The notes below the pieces were generated by a model that saw only the letters and a list, made by a program, of their open reading frames with translations, was not told the DNA's origin and did not search any database. From an uncultured Kiloniellales bacterium (GTDB lineage Bacteria; Actinomycetota; Acidimicrobiia; Spongiisociales; UBA5794): a stretch of DNA of 64,000 nucleotides. Positions 38,188 to 46,977 of the stretch are shown piece by piece. Position 1 is the stretch's first letter, and each line of letters starts with the position of its first letter. The stretch lies in assembly GCA_964195155.1 (NCBI GenBank), contig CAXMOP010000045.1:23636-87635 (forward strand). Direction: 5' to 3'. Made by a program: the position numbers and the translations under genes.

Positions 38188-41100
38188 GTGACCGTGATTT
38201 GCCCTTCGTGTAGTGCAACAGCCGATGCCGGGGCCAGATTTTGCGCGACCTGTGGCACGTCGCTTGTGGCGACCTGCCCCATGTGTGGGGCCGAGACGGC
38301 ACCAGGAGCAGCGTTCTGTGCTTCCTGTGGGACCTCGCTGACCCCGCAGGAGGCCGTAACGGAGACCAGGGCGGTGGAGGAGCGCAAGGTGGTGTCGGTC
38401 CTGTTCGCCGACCTCGCCGGGTTCACCGAGCGCACCGAACGCTCCGACCCCGAGGACGTTCGAGCCCGCCTCACCATCTATCACAAGACGGCCCGCGAAC
38501 AGGTCGAGGCTCATGGCGGCCGAGTCGAGAAGCTGATGGGCGACGGAGTCTTCGCCATCTTCGGGGTCCCCGCCGCCCACGAGGACGACCCGGAACGGGC
38601 GGTGCGCGCTGCGCTGCGGCTTCAGGAGGCAATCGCAGTCCTCAACGAAGACGACCCGGATCTCGCATTGTCGGTACGGGTGGCGGTCACGACCGGCGAG
38701 GCGATCGTCCAACTCGATGCCGATGACCAGGACCGCGAGACGATCATCGGTGACGTGGTCAACACCGCATCGCGCCTCGAGGCGATCGCTCCCCCGGGCG
38801 GGATCGTCGTCGACGAGCGCACCTACCTGGCGTCACGCGCCGACATCTCCTTCGAAGACCTCGACACGGTCGACCTGAAGGGCAAGGCCGACGCCACCGC
38901 TATCTGGCTCGCCACCGGAGCCCGGGCACGCCACGGCGTTGCTGTGGAAGAGCGGCACAAGGGCCCGTTCGTCGGTCGGAGCACCGAACTCGCCGTGCTG
39001 GTCGACTCGCTCGACCGGACCATCGCCGCCCAAACCGTTCAGCTGGTGACGATTATGGGTGAGCCGGGAGCGGGAAAGAGCCGGCTGCTCCACGAGTTCA
39101 AGGCCGTCCTCGACACGAGGACCGACACGATGTGGTGGAAGCAGGGCCGCTGTCTCCCCTATGGGGAAGGCATCACCTTCTGGGCGCTCGGCGAGATCGT
39201 CAAGGCGCAGGCCGGGATCCTCGAGACCAACAGCGAGACCGACGCCGATCGCAAGCTTCGCCACGCCGTGGTCACGCTGATCGACGACCCGGCCCAGGCG
39301 GAGTGGGTTGTGTCGCGCCTCGCCCTGCTCGCCGGTGGGACCGGTGAAGACCAGCAGATCGAACAGGGGGAGTTGTTCTCGGCATGGTCGCGGTTCTTCG
39401 AAGCGATGGCGCACCGCCACCCGCTGGTGATGGTCGTGGAAGACATCCACTGGGCAGACCAAGCCCTGCTCGACTTCATCGAGTACGTCGCCGAGTGGGC
39501 CGTCGACGTGCCGATCCTGCTGGTCGCCGCGGCCCGACCGGAACTGCTCTCGAGCCGTCCGAGCTGGGGCGGTGGCATCCGCAATTCGGCCACCATCAGC
39601 TTGGCACCACTCGCCAACGACGATGCGGCCGTTCTGCTGGCAGCACTGCTCGATCGCGCCGTGCTCCCGGCCGAGACCCAACAGCTCATCCTGGAGCGGG
39701 CCGGCGGAAACCCGCTCTACGTGACCGAGCTGGTTCGCCTCGCCGCAGACGCCGATCTGTTGGATGAGGCCGGCAAGATTGAGGAGCTCGCCCTACCCGA
39801 CTCGGTCCAGGCCATCATCGCCGCCCGGCTCGACCTTCTCGACACCGAGGAGAAGGAGTTGCTCCAGGCGGCCGCGGTGATGGGCAAGGTGTTCTGGTCC
39901 GGGGCCCTCGCGGCGCTCAGGCCGTCCGCGCACTCGGCGCCGACGGTTCGCGAGCTGGTTCGCCGGGAGATGATCCGGCCGATCCGCGACGCTTCGATGC
40001 AAGGGCAAGAGGAGTATTCCTTCGTCCACGCCCTCGTTCGCGATGTGGCGTACGGCCAGATCGCCCGCGACGACCGGGCCGAGATGCATCAGGCAGCAGC
40101 GACATGGATCGAGGCGGTGAGCGGCGAGCGGGGTGTCGACGTGGCCGAGTTGCTCGCTTACCACCTCGGCGAAGCGCTATCGCTGACCACCGACCCCGAT
40201 GCCGAACTTCGGGCGCGGGCCTACCGGGTGCTGATGCAGGCCGGTGAGCGAGCCCGCGGGCTCAACCCGACCCAGGGGGCCTCCTACTACCTCAAGGCCG
40301 TCGACGCGGCCGACGTCAACACCGATCGGGCCGAGGCGCTGTTGTGGGCAGGACAGCTCAGCCAGGACGATCTGGAGAAGTCCAAACGGTGGCTCGAGGA
40401 GTCCCTCGCCCTCTACCAGGAGGCCGGCGATCCCGAGGGGCAGGCCGATGCCCTCACACAGATGTCAGGCTGGAGCTGGTGGCGAGGCGAGACCGAACGC
40501 GCCGACGAGCAGATCCACAAGGCAATCACACTGCTCGAAGACCGGCCCGACTCCGAGGCCAAGGCGGAGGCCCTGGTGGCCAACGTCGGCAAGCTGTTTC
40601 TCCGCGGACGTGATGCGGAGGCCGTCGCGGCCGCGGACCTGGCTGCTCCCGTCGTCGATGCCGCTGGGACCGCGGAAGACCAGATCAAACTGCTGTCGCT
40701 CAGGGGTGCCGCCCTGGCCAACTCCGGGCTCAACGAGGAGGGACTTGAAGACATGGCAACGGCGATGGGGATCGCAGACGACCGCAACTTCTCGTTCCAA
40801 TCGGTGACGATTCGCAACAACCTCGCAACGCTGACCCACCAGCTTCGATCGCCACAGGATGCCGTGGCGATCATCAATGAAGGCATCGAGCTTTCAAACG
40901 AGCGAGGCCTCCCGGCGTCTACCGACTGGTTGCGCTTCACCAAGTCCGAGATACTCATCTGGACCGGAGACTGGGACGAGTCGGTCGCTCTCGCCCGGGA
41001 GGTCATCGAGGCCGACGACGAGCGCGGCGGGAGCCAGGCCGGGATGGGCGCCCGATCGCACATCGGGATCATCGAGCACTACCAGGGGGTCGAACACCCC

Positions 41101-41658
41101 TCGGTGCGGTGGGTGGAACTCATCGAGCACGCCCGGGAGGTCCAGGATCAACAAGTGCTCTCACCGGTGCTGGCGATCGCGGTGATGATGGCGTACGACG
41201 CCGGTAACCAGACCGACGCGGTGCGCCTTGCCGACGAATACCACGCGGCTGCGATCGACCTGTATCGGACCTGGTTCCTCCCGTGGGTGACCGGACCGCT
41301 CGCCCGTATTGGCGACGTCGATCGAATCGAGGCCCTCCTCGAAGGGTCACCTGTCAACGGAAGCCACGCAAAGGTGGGTCGGGACCGTGCCGAAGGCCAT
41401 CTAGCCGAGGCCCGAGGCGATCATGGAGCGGCAGCAGATCGGTTCTTCGACGCGGTCGCCACCGCCGGGCAATTCGGCCGACCGCTCGACGCCGCCCTCG
41501 CCCGGATCGACGCGGCGAGGGTGCTCACGAACGACGATCGGTTTGACGACACCGTGGCCGCGGCTCGTGAGGAGGCGGAGCGGATGGGTGCAGACCGGCT
41601 CCTGGCGCAGCTCGACGAGATCGAAGGCCACGGGCGGTCTCAGGCTGCGGGGGCCTAG
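38188..41658 (+). CDS. Multidomain regulatory protein: double zinc-ribbon + class III adenylate/guanylate cyclase + STAND/AAA ATPase + TPR
   Basis: Two C4 ribbons (CPSCSATADAGARFCATCG, CPMCGAETAPGAAFCASCG). CHD region VVSVLFADLAGFTERTE...KLMGDGVFAIFGVP. P-loop GEPGAGKSRLL. A long helical TPR-like C-terminus. No LuxR HTH is evident. Confidence 0.8.
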   Translation: MTVICPSCSATADAGARFCATCGTSLVATCPMCGAETAPGAAFCASCGTSLTPQEAVTETRAVEERKVVSVLFADLAGFTERTERSDPEDVRARLTIYHKTAREQVEAHGGRVEKLMGDGVFAIFGVPAAHEDDPERAVRAALRLQEAIAVLNEDDPDLALSVRVAVTTGEAIVQLDADDQDRETIIGDVVNTASRLEAIAPPGGIVVDERTYLASRADISFEDLDTVDLKGKADATAIWLATGARARHGVAVEERHKGPFVGRSTELAVLVDSLDRTIAAQTVQLVTIMGEPGAGKSRLLHEFKAVLDTRTDTMWWKQGRCLPYGEGITFWALGEIVKAQAGILETNSETDADRKLRHAVVTLIDDPAQAEWVVSRLALLAGGTGEDQQIEQGELFSAWSRFFEAMAHRHPLVMVVEDIHWADQALLDFIEYVAEWAVDVPILLVAAARPELLSSRPSWGGGIRNSATISLAPLANDDAAVLLAALLDRAVLPAETQQLILERAGGNPLYVTELVRLAADADLLDEAGKIEELALPDSVQAIIAARLDLLDTEEKELLQAAAVMGKVFWSGALAALRPSAHSAPTVRELVRREMIRPIRDASMQGQEEYSFVHALVRDVAYGQIARDDRAEMHQAAATWIEAVSGERGVDVAELLAYHLGEALSLTTDPDAELRARAYRVLMQAGERARGLNPTQGASYYLKAVDAADVNTDRAEALLWAGQLSQDDLEKSKRWLEESLALYQEAGDPEGQADALTQMSGWSWWRGETERADEQIHKAITLLEDRPDSEAKAEALVANVGKLFLRGRDAEAVAAADLAAPVVDAAGTAEDQIKLLSLRGAALANSGLNEEGLEDMATAMGIADDRNFSFQSVTIRNNLATLTHQLRSPQDAVAIINEGIELSNERGLPASTDWLRFTKSEILIWTGDWDESVALAREVIEADDERGGSQAGMGARSHIGIIEHYQGVEHPSVRWVELIEHAREVQDQQVLSPVLAIAVMMAYDAGNQTDAVRLADEYHAAAIDLYRTWFLPWVTGPLARIGDVDRIEALLEGSPVNGSHAKVGRDRAEGHLAEARGDHGAAADRFFDAVATAGQFGRPLDAALARIDAARVLTNDDRFDDTVAAAREEAERMGADRLLAQLDEIEGHGRSQAAGA

Positions 41659-41770
41659 GAGGGTGCTGAGCAACCTCAAGCGGGGCCTCGCGGTCGGGAG
41701 AAACCGAGTCACTGCAACAGTCGAGCTAGCGATGGCCCGTGGCACTCGTCATTGTTCAGCACCGTCCTAA
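41655..41770 (+). repeat. MITE/REP-like element, copy E
   Basis: ctaggagggtgctgagcaacc...gtcattgttcagcaccgtcctaa. Its 5' CTAG supplies the stop of the 1156-aa gene, and its 3' end supplies the stop of the minus-strand RidA gene. Confidence 0.7.
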
Positions 41771-42153
41771 TCCTCGATAGCGGCCTGTACCTCGATCTCG
41801 ACCTTCCACCCCGGGTCAAGCAGCGCGGCGACGACCACCATCGTGGCTGCCGGGGCGGCGTCGCCGAAGAGCTCGCGATGGGCCCTCCCGATGTCGTCGG
41901 CATCTGCGGGGTCGGTGATATACATCCGGGTCCGCACGACCTCGGCGGCCGTGGCGCCGAGCTCCTCAAGCGCGGCGATGGCGATCGCGCCGCAGCGGAG
42001 CATCTGCTCGTAGGCCCCATCCGCGACCGGCTCACCATCGGGCGGGATCGGAGCCGTGCCTGCTATCTCGATGCGGTTACCGGCAGCGACTCCCCTCGAA
42101 AACCCATAGGCCGCTTCGTAGGGAGATCCAGACGTGGCATGGCGTTTTGGCAT
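41767..42153 (-). CDS. RidA/YjgF family protein
   Basis: RIEIAGTAPIP...RTRMYITD...VEIEVQAAI. Start set at the internal Met. Confidence 0.7.
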   Translation of the reverse strand: MPKRHATSGSPYEAAYGFSRGVAAGNRIEIAGTAPIPPDGEPVADGAYEQMLRCGAIAIAALEELGATAAEVVRTRMYITDPADADDIGRAHRELFGDAAPAATMVVVAALLDPGWKVEIEVQAAIED

Positions 42154-42540
42154 GATCAGGATGCTACGGCGCGTTTCTGTCACACCCGCTCGATACGGTA
42201 TCCGCATGACGAAGCAGAACACACCAAATACGCGTTCAGACCAGGCGATCGAGGCGTTCTTCGCTCACATGGGCCTTGCCGTTGAAGTTGTCGACCGGTG
42301 CCCGATTGCCTCGTGCGAGCACTGCCGGATAGAGCTCCACGAAGCTGCATGAGTTTGCGCCGGACCCGAGGGATTGCACAGCTAAACCGGGTTTGCGGGC
42401 ACTACCTTGGCCGCCATGGCGCTAATGCTCCACGAGACCGACAGCGGCTTCGTCTGGTGGGACGAAGCATTGATCTTTGCGGTCCCCATCGTGATCGCGG
42501 TCGCCACGGTGTTGTGGCTCGCCAGGCGATCGCGCGTCGA

Positions 42541-43941
42541 TCAGTCTGAAGAGGACTGACCCCGGCCCCACTCGTCGAGCATCGCCAAGGCCTCTTCCTC
42601 CGAGTACGGGCCGTCTTCGATGCGCTTCTCCAACAACATGTCCATGATCTTGCCGATTTCGGGGCCGGGCTCGAGACCCAGGTATTCCATCACCTGGTTG
42701 CCGTCGATCGGCGCCCGCATGGCATCGAGCTCCTCCTGCTGGCGAAGCTCGTCGATCCGCCCCTCCAGCTCGTCGATGCGACCGGCGATCGCCCGCGCTC
42801 GTTTTTCGTTTCTCGTGGTCACGTCGCTGCGCACCAACTCGTTGAGGTCATCGAGCATCGGCCCGGCGTCCCGCACGTAGCGGCGCACCGCAGAGTCGGT
42901 CCAGCCCATCTTGTAGGTGTGCGGGCGCATGTGGAGAAACACCAGCCGCGACACGTCCTCGGTCATCGCCTTGGGATATCGGAGCTCGCTCATTCGCCGC
43001 TTGGTCAGGCGGGCCCCGACCACCTCGTGGTGGTGGAACGAGACACCGCCCGGGCCGAACTCCCTGGTGTCCGGCTTGCCGATGTCGTGGAACAATGCGG
43101 CCAGGCGGAGACGGAGTCGGGGTGACGCCTTCTCCACCACCGCAATGGTGTGGGCCAGCACGTCCTTGTGATGATGCACCGGATCGGCTTCGAGCGCCAG
43201 CGCCGGGAGCTCCGGGATGAACTCGCCGGCCAGGCCCGTGTCGACCAGCCCGGCAAGCGCAGGTCCGACGTGGTCGCCGATCAGCAACCGATCGAGCTCA
43301 CCGTTGATCCGTTCCCTCGACACGATCTCGAGCCGATCGTGCATGCCTCGCACCGCACTCATCGCGTCCTCGCTTGGTGCGAAGCCGAGCGTTGACACGA
43401 AGCGAAACAAGCGCAGCATCCGCAGCGGATCGTCGCCGAACGAGATCTCCGGGTCGAGTGGTGTGCGCAGTGTTCTGACCTGCAGGTCAGCGAGCCCACC
43501 GGTGGGATCGATCATTTCGGGCGTTGACGAACCGTCGGTCGGTATCCGCAGCGCCATGGCGTTAACCGTGAAGTCGCGGCGGGAGAGGTCTTCATCGATG
43601 TTGTCCGAGAACACCACCTCGGGCTTTCGCGAGTCGTCGTGATAGACCTCGGAGCGGAAGGTGGTGATCTCGTGCACCTGCCCGTCCTTGATGACACCGA
43701 CGGTGCCGAACTGCTTTCCGGCCAGGTAGACGTCCGAAGCCCAGGGCGCGACCAGCCGCTCGATCTCGTCCGGCCTTGCATCGGTAGCGAAGTCGAGATC
43801 GGCGATCGGACGATCGAGCAGCGCATTCCGAACGCTTCCGCCGACGAGAAAGAGGCGGTGACCGGCCTGGTCGAAGAGTGTGGCCAGCTTCCGTGCCGGC
43901 GTCCCGTCGGTGAGAACGGCCTCGAGGCGAGCCGGGATCAT
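42541..43941 (-). CDS. cca: CCA tRNA nucleotidyltransferase (HD-domain type)
   Basis: Pol-beta NT motif LFLVGGSVRNALLDRPIADLDFAT and HD motif LAALFHDIGKP. Confidence 0.8.
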   Translation of the reverse strand: MIPARLEAVLTDGTPARKLATLFDQAGHRLFLVGGSVRNALLDRPIADLDFATDARPDEIERLVAPWASDVYLAGKQFGTVGVIKDGQVHEITTFRSEVYHDDSRKPEVVFSDNIDEDLSRRDFTVNAMALRIPTDGSSTPEMIDPTGGLADLQVRTLRTPLDPEISFGDDPLRMLRLFRFVSTLGFAPSEDAMSAVRGMHDRLEIVSRERINGELDRLLIGDHVGPALAGLVDTGLAGEFIPELPALALEADPVHHHKDVLAHTIAVVEKASPRLRLRLAALFHDIGKPDTREFGPGGVSFHHHEVVGARLTKRRMSELRYPKAMTEDVSRLVFLHMRPHTYKMGWTDSAVRRYVRDAGPMLDDLNELVRSDVTTRNEKRARAIAGRIDELEGRIDELRQQEELDAMRAPIDGNQVMEYLGLEPGPEIGKIMDMLLEKRIEDGPYSEEEALAMLDEWGRGQSSSD

Positions 43942-43943
43942 GC

Positions 43944-44010
43944 CCAGTTCCCAGTTGCCAGTTGCCAGTTGCCAGTCAGAGCCGACTCGCGACTCGCGAC
44001 TCGCGACTCG
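43944..44010. repeat. Compound heptamer tandem repeat (CCAGTTG)x~5 + (CGACTCG)x4 filling the rnhA-cca intergenic
   Basis: cccagttcccagttgccagttgccagttgccagtcagagccgactcgcgactcgcgactcgcgactcg. Confidence 0.8.
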
Positions 44011-44014
44011 TCGC

Positions 44015-44608
44015 TCACTCTCGCCATCGGTTCGCCAACCCGTCGGCGTATTCGTTCCACGTGAAGTCGGCGTGGCCCTTGATCCACTGCAGCGTGATCT
44101 CGGGACGGGCCCGGTAGCCCCGGTAGGCCTCCTTCACCAGGTCGAGGTTCTTCGGGACCTTGGACCCGTCAGGCCCCGCCCTTTTTCGCATCCAGCCGCG
44201 CTGCTCCCATCCGGCCGCCCATTCGTTGATGGTGCGCACCGCCAGATTCGAGTCCGAGTAGACCGTTACGGGGCTGCCTTCGGGAACGAGCTTCAGGCCT
44301 TCGATCAAGGCCAGCAGCTCCATCTTGTTGTTGGTCGTATCGGGATCGAAGCCGTGAGCCTCCTCGATGACCTCACCGTCGATCACATAGACTGCCCCCC
44401 AGCCGCCTGGACCGGGATTGCCGGAGCAGGCGCCGTCGGTGAAGACCCCGCTCTGCGGGTCATCGACACCGCCGGAGCCACCCTTCGATCGGCTTCCCTC
44501 ACCGCGGCACGACCGGCAATGCCGCGGCACCCATCCCGGGTATTGATCAAGGACGGACTGCGGCAGCAAGAAGGTGTCCCCACAGCTCTGACAAGTGAAA
44601 TCCGCCAT
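44015..44608 (-). CDS. rnhA: Ribonuclease HI with N-terminal zinc-ribbon
   Basis: FTDGACSGNPGPGGWGAV...NNKMELLALIEGL...YADGLAN. N-terminal CQSCG...CRSC. Start set at MADFTCQSCG. Confidence 0.75.
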   Translation of the reverse strand: MADFTCQSCGDTFLLPQSVLDQYPGWVPRHCRSCRGEGSRSKGGSGGVDDPQSGVFTDGACSGNPGPGGWGAVYVIDGEVIEEAHGFDPDTTNNKMELLALIEGLKLVPEGSPVTVYSDSNLAVRTINEWAAGWEQRGWMRKRAGPDGSKVPKNLDLVKEAYRGYRARPEITLQWIKGHADFTWNEYADGLANRWRE

Positions 44609-44705
44609 CCCGTGGAGGGTACCGGCCGGGGCCTTGTGTAGCCGCATAGCTGCGGCGATCCACCGCTTCCAAAGCACACGCGGCTACTCAGCTACTCGGC
44701 TACTC

Positions 44706-45809
44706 CTAGGTAGCGACGCGCTCGAGACGTCTGCCCTGCACTGCCGCCTTGAAGTCCTGGATCGAGGCAGCGTGCGCCGATGCGGAGTCGTAGCTGATCT
44801 CACCGCTCTCGTACAGCTTGAGGATCGCCTGGTCGTAAGAGCGCATCCCGAAGAAGTCGCCTTCGGCGATGTCTTCGACGATCTTGTCCATTCCGTCGAC
44901 ATCGGCGATCCGCTGTGCCACGCGCTCGGTGTTCACGAGCACTTCGACCGCCGCCACGCGACCCTTGCCGTCGGCGCGTGGGATGAGCTGCTGGCTCACG
45001 ATGCCCTTGAGGTTGGCGGCGAGGGCCTTGCGGGTCTTTTGTTGTTTGTGCGGCGGGAAGTATTCCACCAAGCGATTGATGGTCTCGATTCCGTCGAAGG
45101 TGGCGACCACCGCGATTACCAGATGACCCGTCTCTGCGGCATCAAGCGCAGCAGTCACCGTTTCCTCATCGGGCAGCCCACCGACAAAGATCACATCGGT
45201 GTCCTGGTTCACCGCCGAAGCCAGGCCCGAGGCAAACGACGACGTATCGCTGCCGAGCTCGCGCTGGGAGACGATCGATTGCTGGTCGGGAAAGAGGATC
45301 TCGATCGGATCTTCCAGCGTGACGATGCTGGTGCGGCGTGTGGCGTTGATCCGATTGACCACGGCACCGGCCGTCGTCGTCTTGCCAGACCCGGCGGGAC
45401 CGGTAACGAAGACCAGGCCCGGGCGCTCATCGGCGAGTTTCTCGAGAACGTCGGCCGGGAGGCCAAGTTCCCGAAACGTGCCCTTGACGGGTGACACTCT
45501 GCGCAACACCAGGCTGACGGAACCGCGCTGTCGGTAGGAGGAGACCCGGAAACGCCCCCGCCCCGGCCGGCTGATGGCGAAGTCCGCATCGCCGCCATTA
45601 TCAAAATCCTCTTGTGCCCGATCGGTGATGATGCCCTTGAAGTAGTGCTCGGTGTCCTGAGGGGCAAGCACGGGCAGCTCGGCGCGATGAACTACCCCGT
45701 TGATCCGGAACACGGGAGGCGAACCAACCTTCAGATGAAGGTCCGAGCCCCCAACAGCACTCAGTTTGTCCAGCAGTTCATCGAGAGAAGGTAACGATGA
45801 GCTCACAGG
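44706..45809 (-). CDS. pilT: PilT-family type IV pilus retraction/secretion ATPase
   Basis: GSDLHL, Walker A GPAGSGKTTT, Asp box IVTLEDPIE, His box. GTG start chosen (VPVSSSLPSLDELL). Confidence 0.65.
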   Translation of the reverse strand, partial: PVSSSLPSLDELLDKLSAVGGSDLHLKVGSPPVFRINGVVHRAELPVLAPQDTEHYFKGIITDRAQEDFDNGGDADFAISRPGRGRFRVSSYRQRGSVSLVLRRVSPVKGTFRELGLPADVLEKLADERPGLVFVTGPAGSGKTTTAGAVVNRINATRRTSIVTLEDPIEILFPDQQSIVSQRELGSDTSSFASGLASAVNQDTDVIFVGGLPDEETVTAALDAAETGHLVIAVVATFDGIETINRLVEYFPPHKQQKTRKALAANLKGIVSQQLIPRADGKGRVAAVEVLVNTERVAQRIADVDGMDKIVEDIAEGDFFGMRSYDQAILKLYESGEISYDSASAHAASIQDFKAAVQGRRLERVAT

Positions 45810-45865
45810 CACCCCTAACAAGCATTCCCATACAGGTTCGACTATCGGCAGTCGCACTGCGCGGC

Positions 45866-46876
45866 TTAACCCAGATCCCAATACGGGGCAAGGGTTTCCA
45901 CTATTTGGCTCAGGACACGGTTCGTGGGTTCTGACCCATTCGCCGGTGGTTCGGTCCCCCCCAATCCGGCGTGACCGTTCAGCGTGGCGGAAATCGATCC
46001 ACGCAAGGCGTCGAGATCGTATCCCCCCTCCAGGAAGAACACCGTTCGCTGCTTCGGAATCAGAGTGTTCAGTGCCCCCGCCATCCAGGCATAGTCGCCC
46101 TCAACCAACTCAATCTCCGCCAGGGGATCGCTGCGATGAGCGTCGTATCCTGCGCTCACCAGCATCCAATCCGGCTCGAACTGACGGATGATGGGAATGA
46201 CCACCCTGGCGAAGGCTTCGGCATACATGAGCCCATCGGCGCCTGCTCGCATCGGCAGATTCACGGTCGTACCCCGGGCAGCGCCCTGGCCGATCTCGGT
46301 GGGCAGCCCGGTGCCAGGGTAAAACGGATGCTGGTGGAGCGAGACGTAGAGAACGTCGGATTCGGCGGCAAAGATGCGCTGTGTCCCGTTGCCGTGGTGG
46401 ACATCCCAGTCGACAATGGCGACTCGCTCACCGGCCCTCGCCAGCTCGGCCGCAGTCACTGCCACGTTGTTCAACAGACAGAAGCCCATCGCCTGCCCGC
46501 GTTCGGCGTGATGACCCGGGGGTCGCATCGCCAGGAAGGCGACATCTGCCGAGTCGGACCGGAGCGAACGCACCGCGGCGGCGCCGGCCCCTGCCGCGTT
46601 CAGCGCGGCAGGCCACGAGGCGCCCACGGCGAAGGTATCGGCATCGATGGCCCCACCTCCGCCGGCGCAGAACCGCTCCAGCGCGTCGACAAATGATGCC
46701 TCGTGGACCTCGAGAAGGCTCCGGCGTTCAACAGGCTCGGCGGTGACCCGCACCACCGTCAGCGAGGACTCCTCGACGCCCTCCACCGCGGCCGATACCC
46801 GCTCGGGGCGCTCCGGGTGCTGAGGCGGACCCCGATGATCGAAACTGGAGGGGTGAGTCACCAACGCCACACGCAT
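45866..46876 (-). CDS. Histone deacetylase / acetoin utilization (AcuC) family protein
   Basis: VDWDVHHGNGTQ, the GHH-like charge relay and YEGGY-like LEGGY. Confidence 0.75.
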   Translation of the reverse strand: MRVALVTHPSSFDHRGPPQHPERPERVSAAVEGVEESSLTVVRVTAEPVERRSLLEVHEASFVDALERFCAGGGGAIDADTFAVGASWPAALNAAGAGAAAVRSLRSDSADVAFLAMRPPGHHAERGQAMGFCLLNNVAVTAAELARAGERVAIVDWDVHHGNGTQRIFAAESDVLYVSLHQHPFYPGTGLPTEIGQGAARGTTVNLPMRAGADGLMYAEAFARVVIPIIRQFEPDWMLVSAGYDAHRSDPLAEIELVEGDYAWMAGALNTLIPKQRTVFFLEGGYDLDALRGSISATLNGHAGLGGTEPPANGSEPTNRVLSQIVETLAPYWDLG

Positions 46877-46977
46877 AAGGGCAAGAGTCGAGAATCAAGA
46901 GTCGAGAGTCAAACCCGAACCGTGAACCTCGTTTCCCGCAGTACCCTCGTCGTGTCGCCGGCCAGCGTGGAGGTGCA

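Noticed and set aside
43944-44010. Tandem repeats as a possible CRISPR array (also at 62733-62820)
   Set aside because: The units are 7 bp or ~30 bp with no unique spacers between them, and there are no cas genes, so they are not CRISPR.
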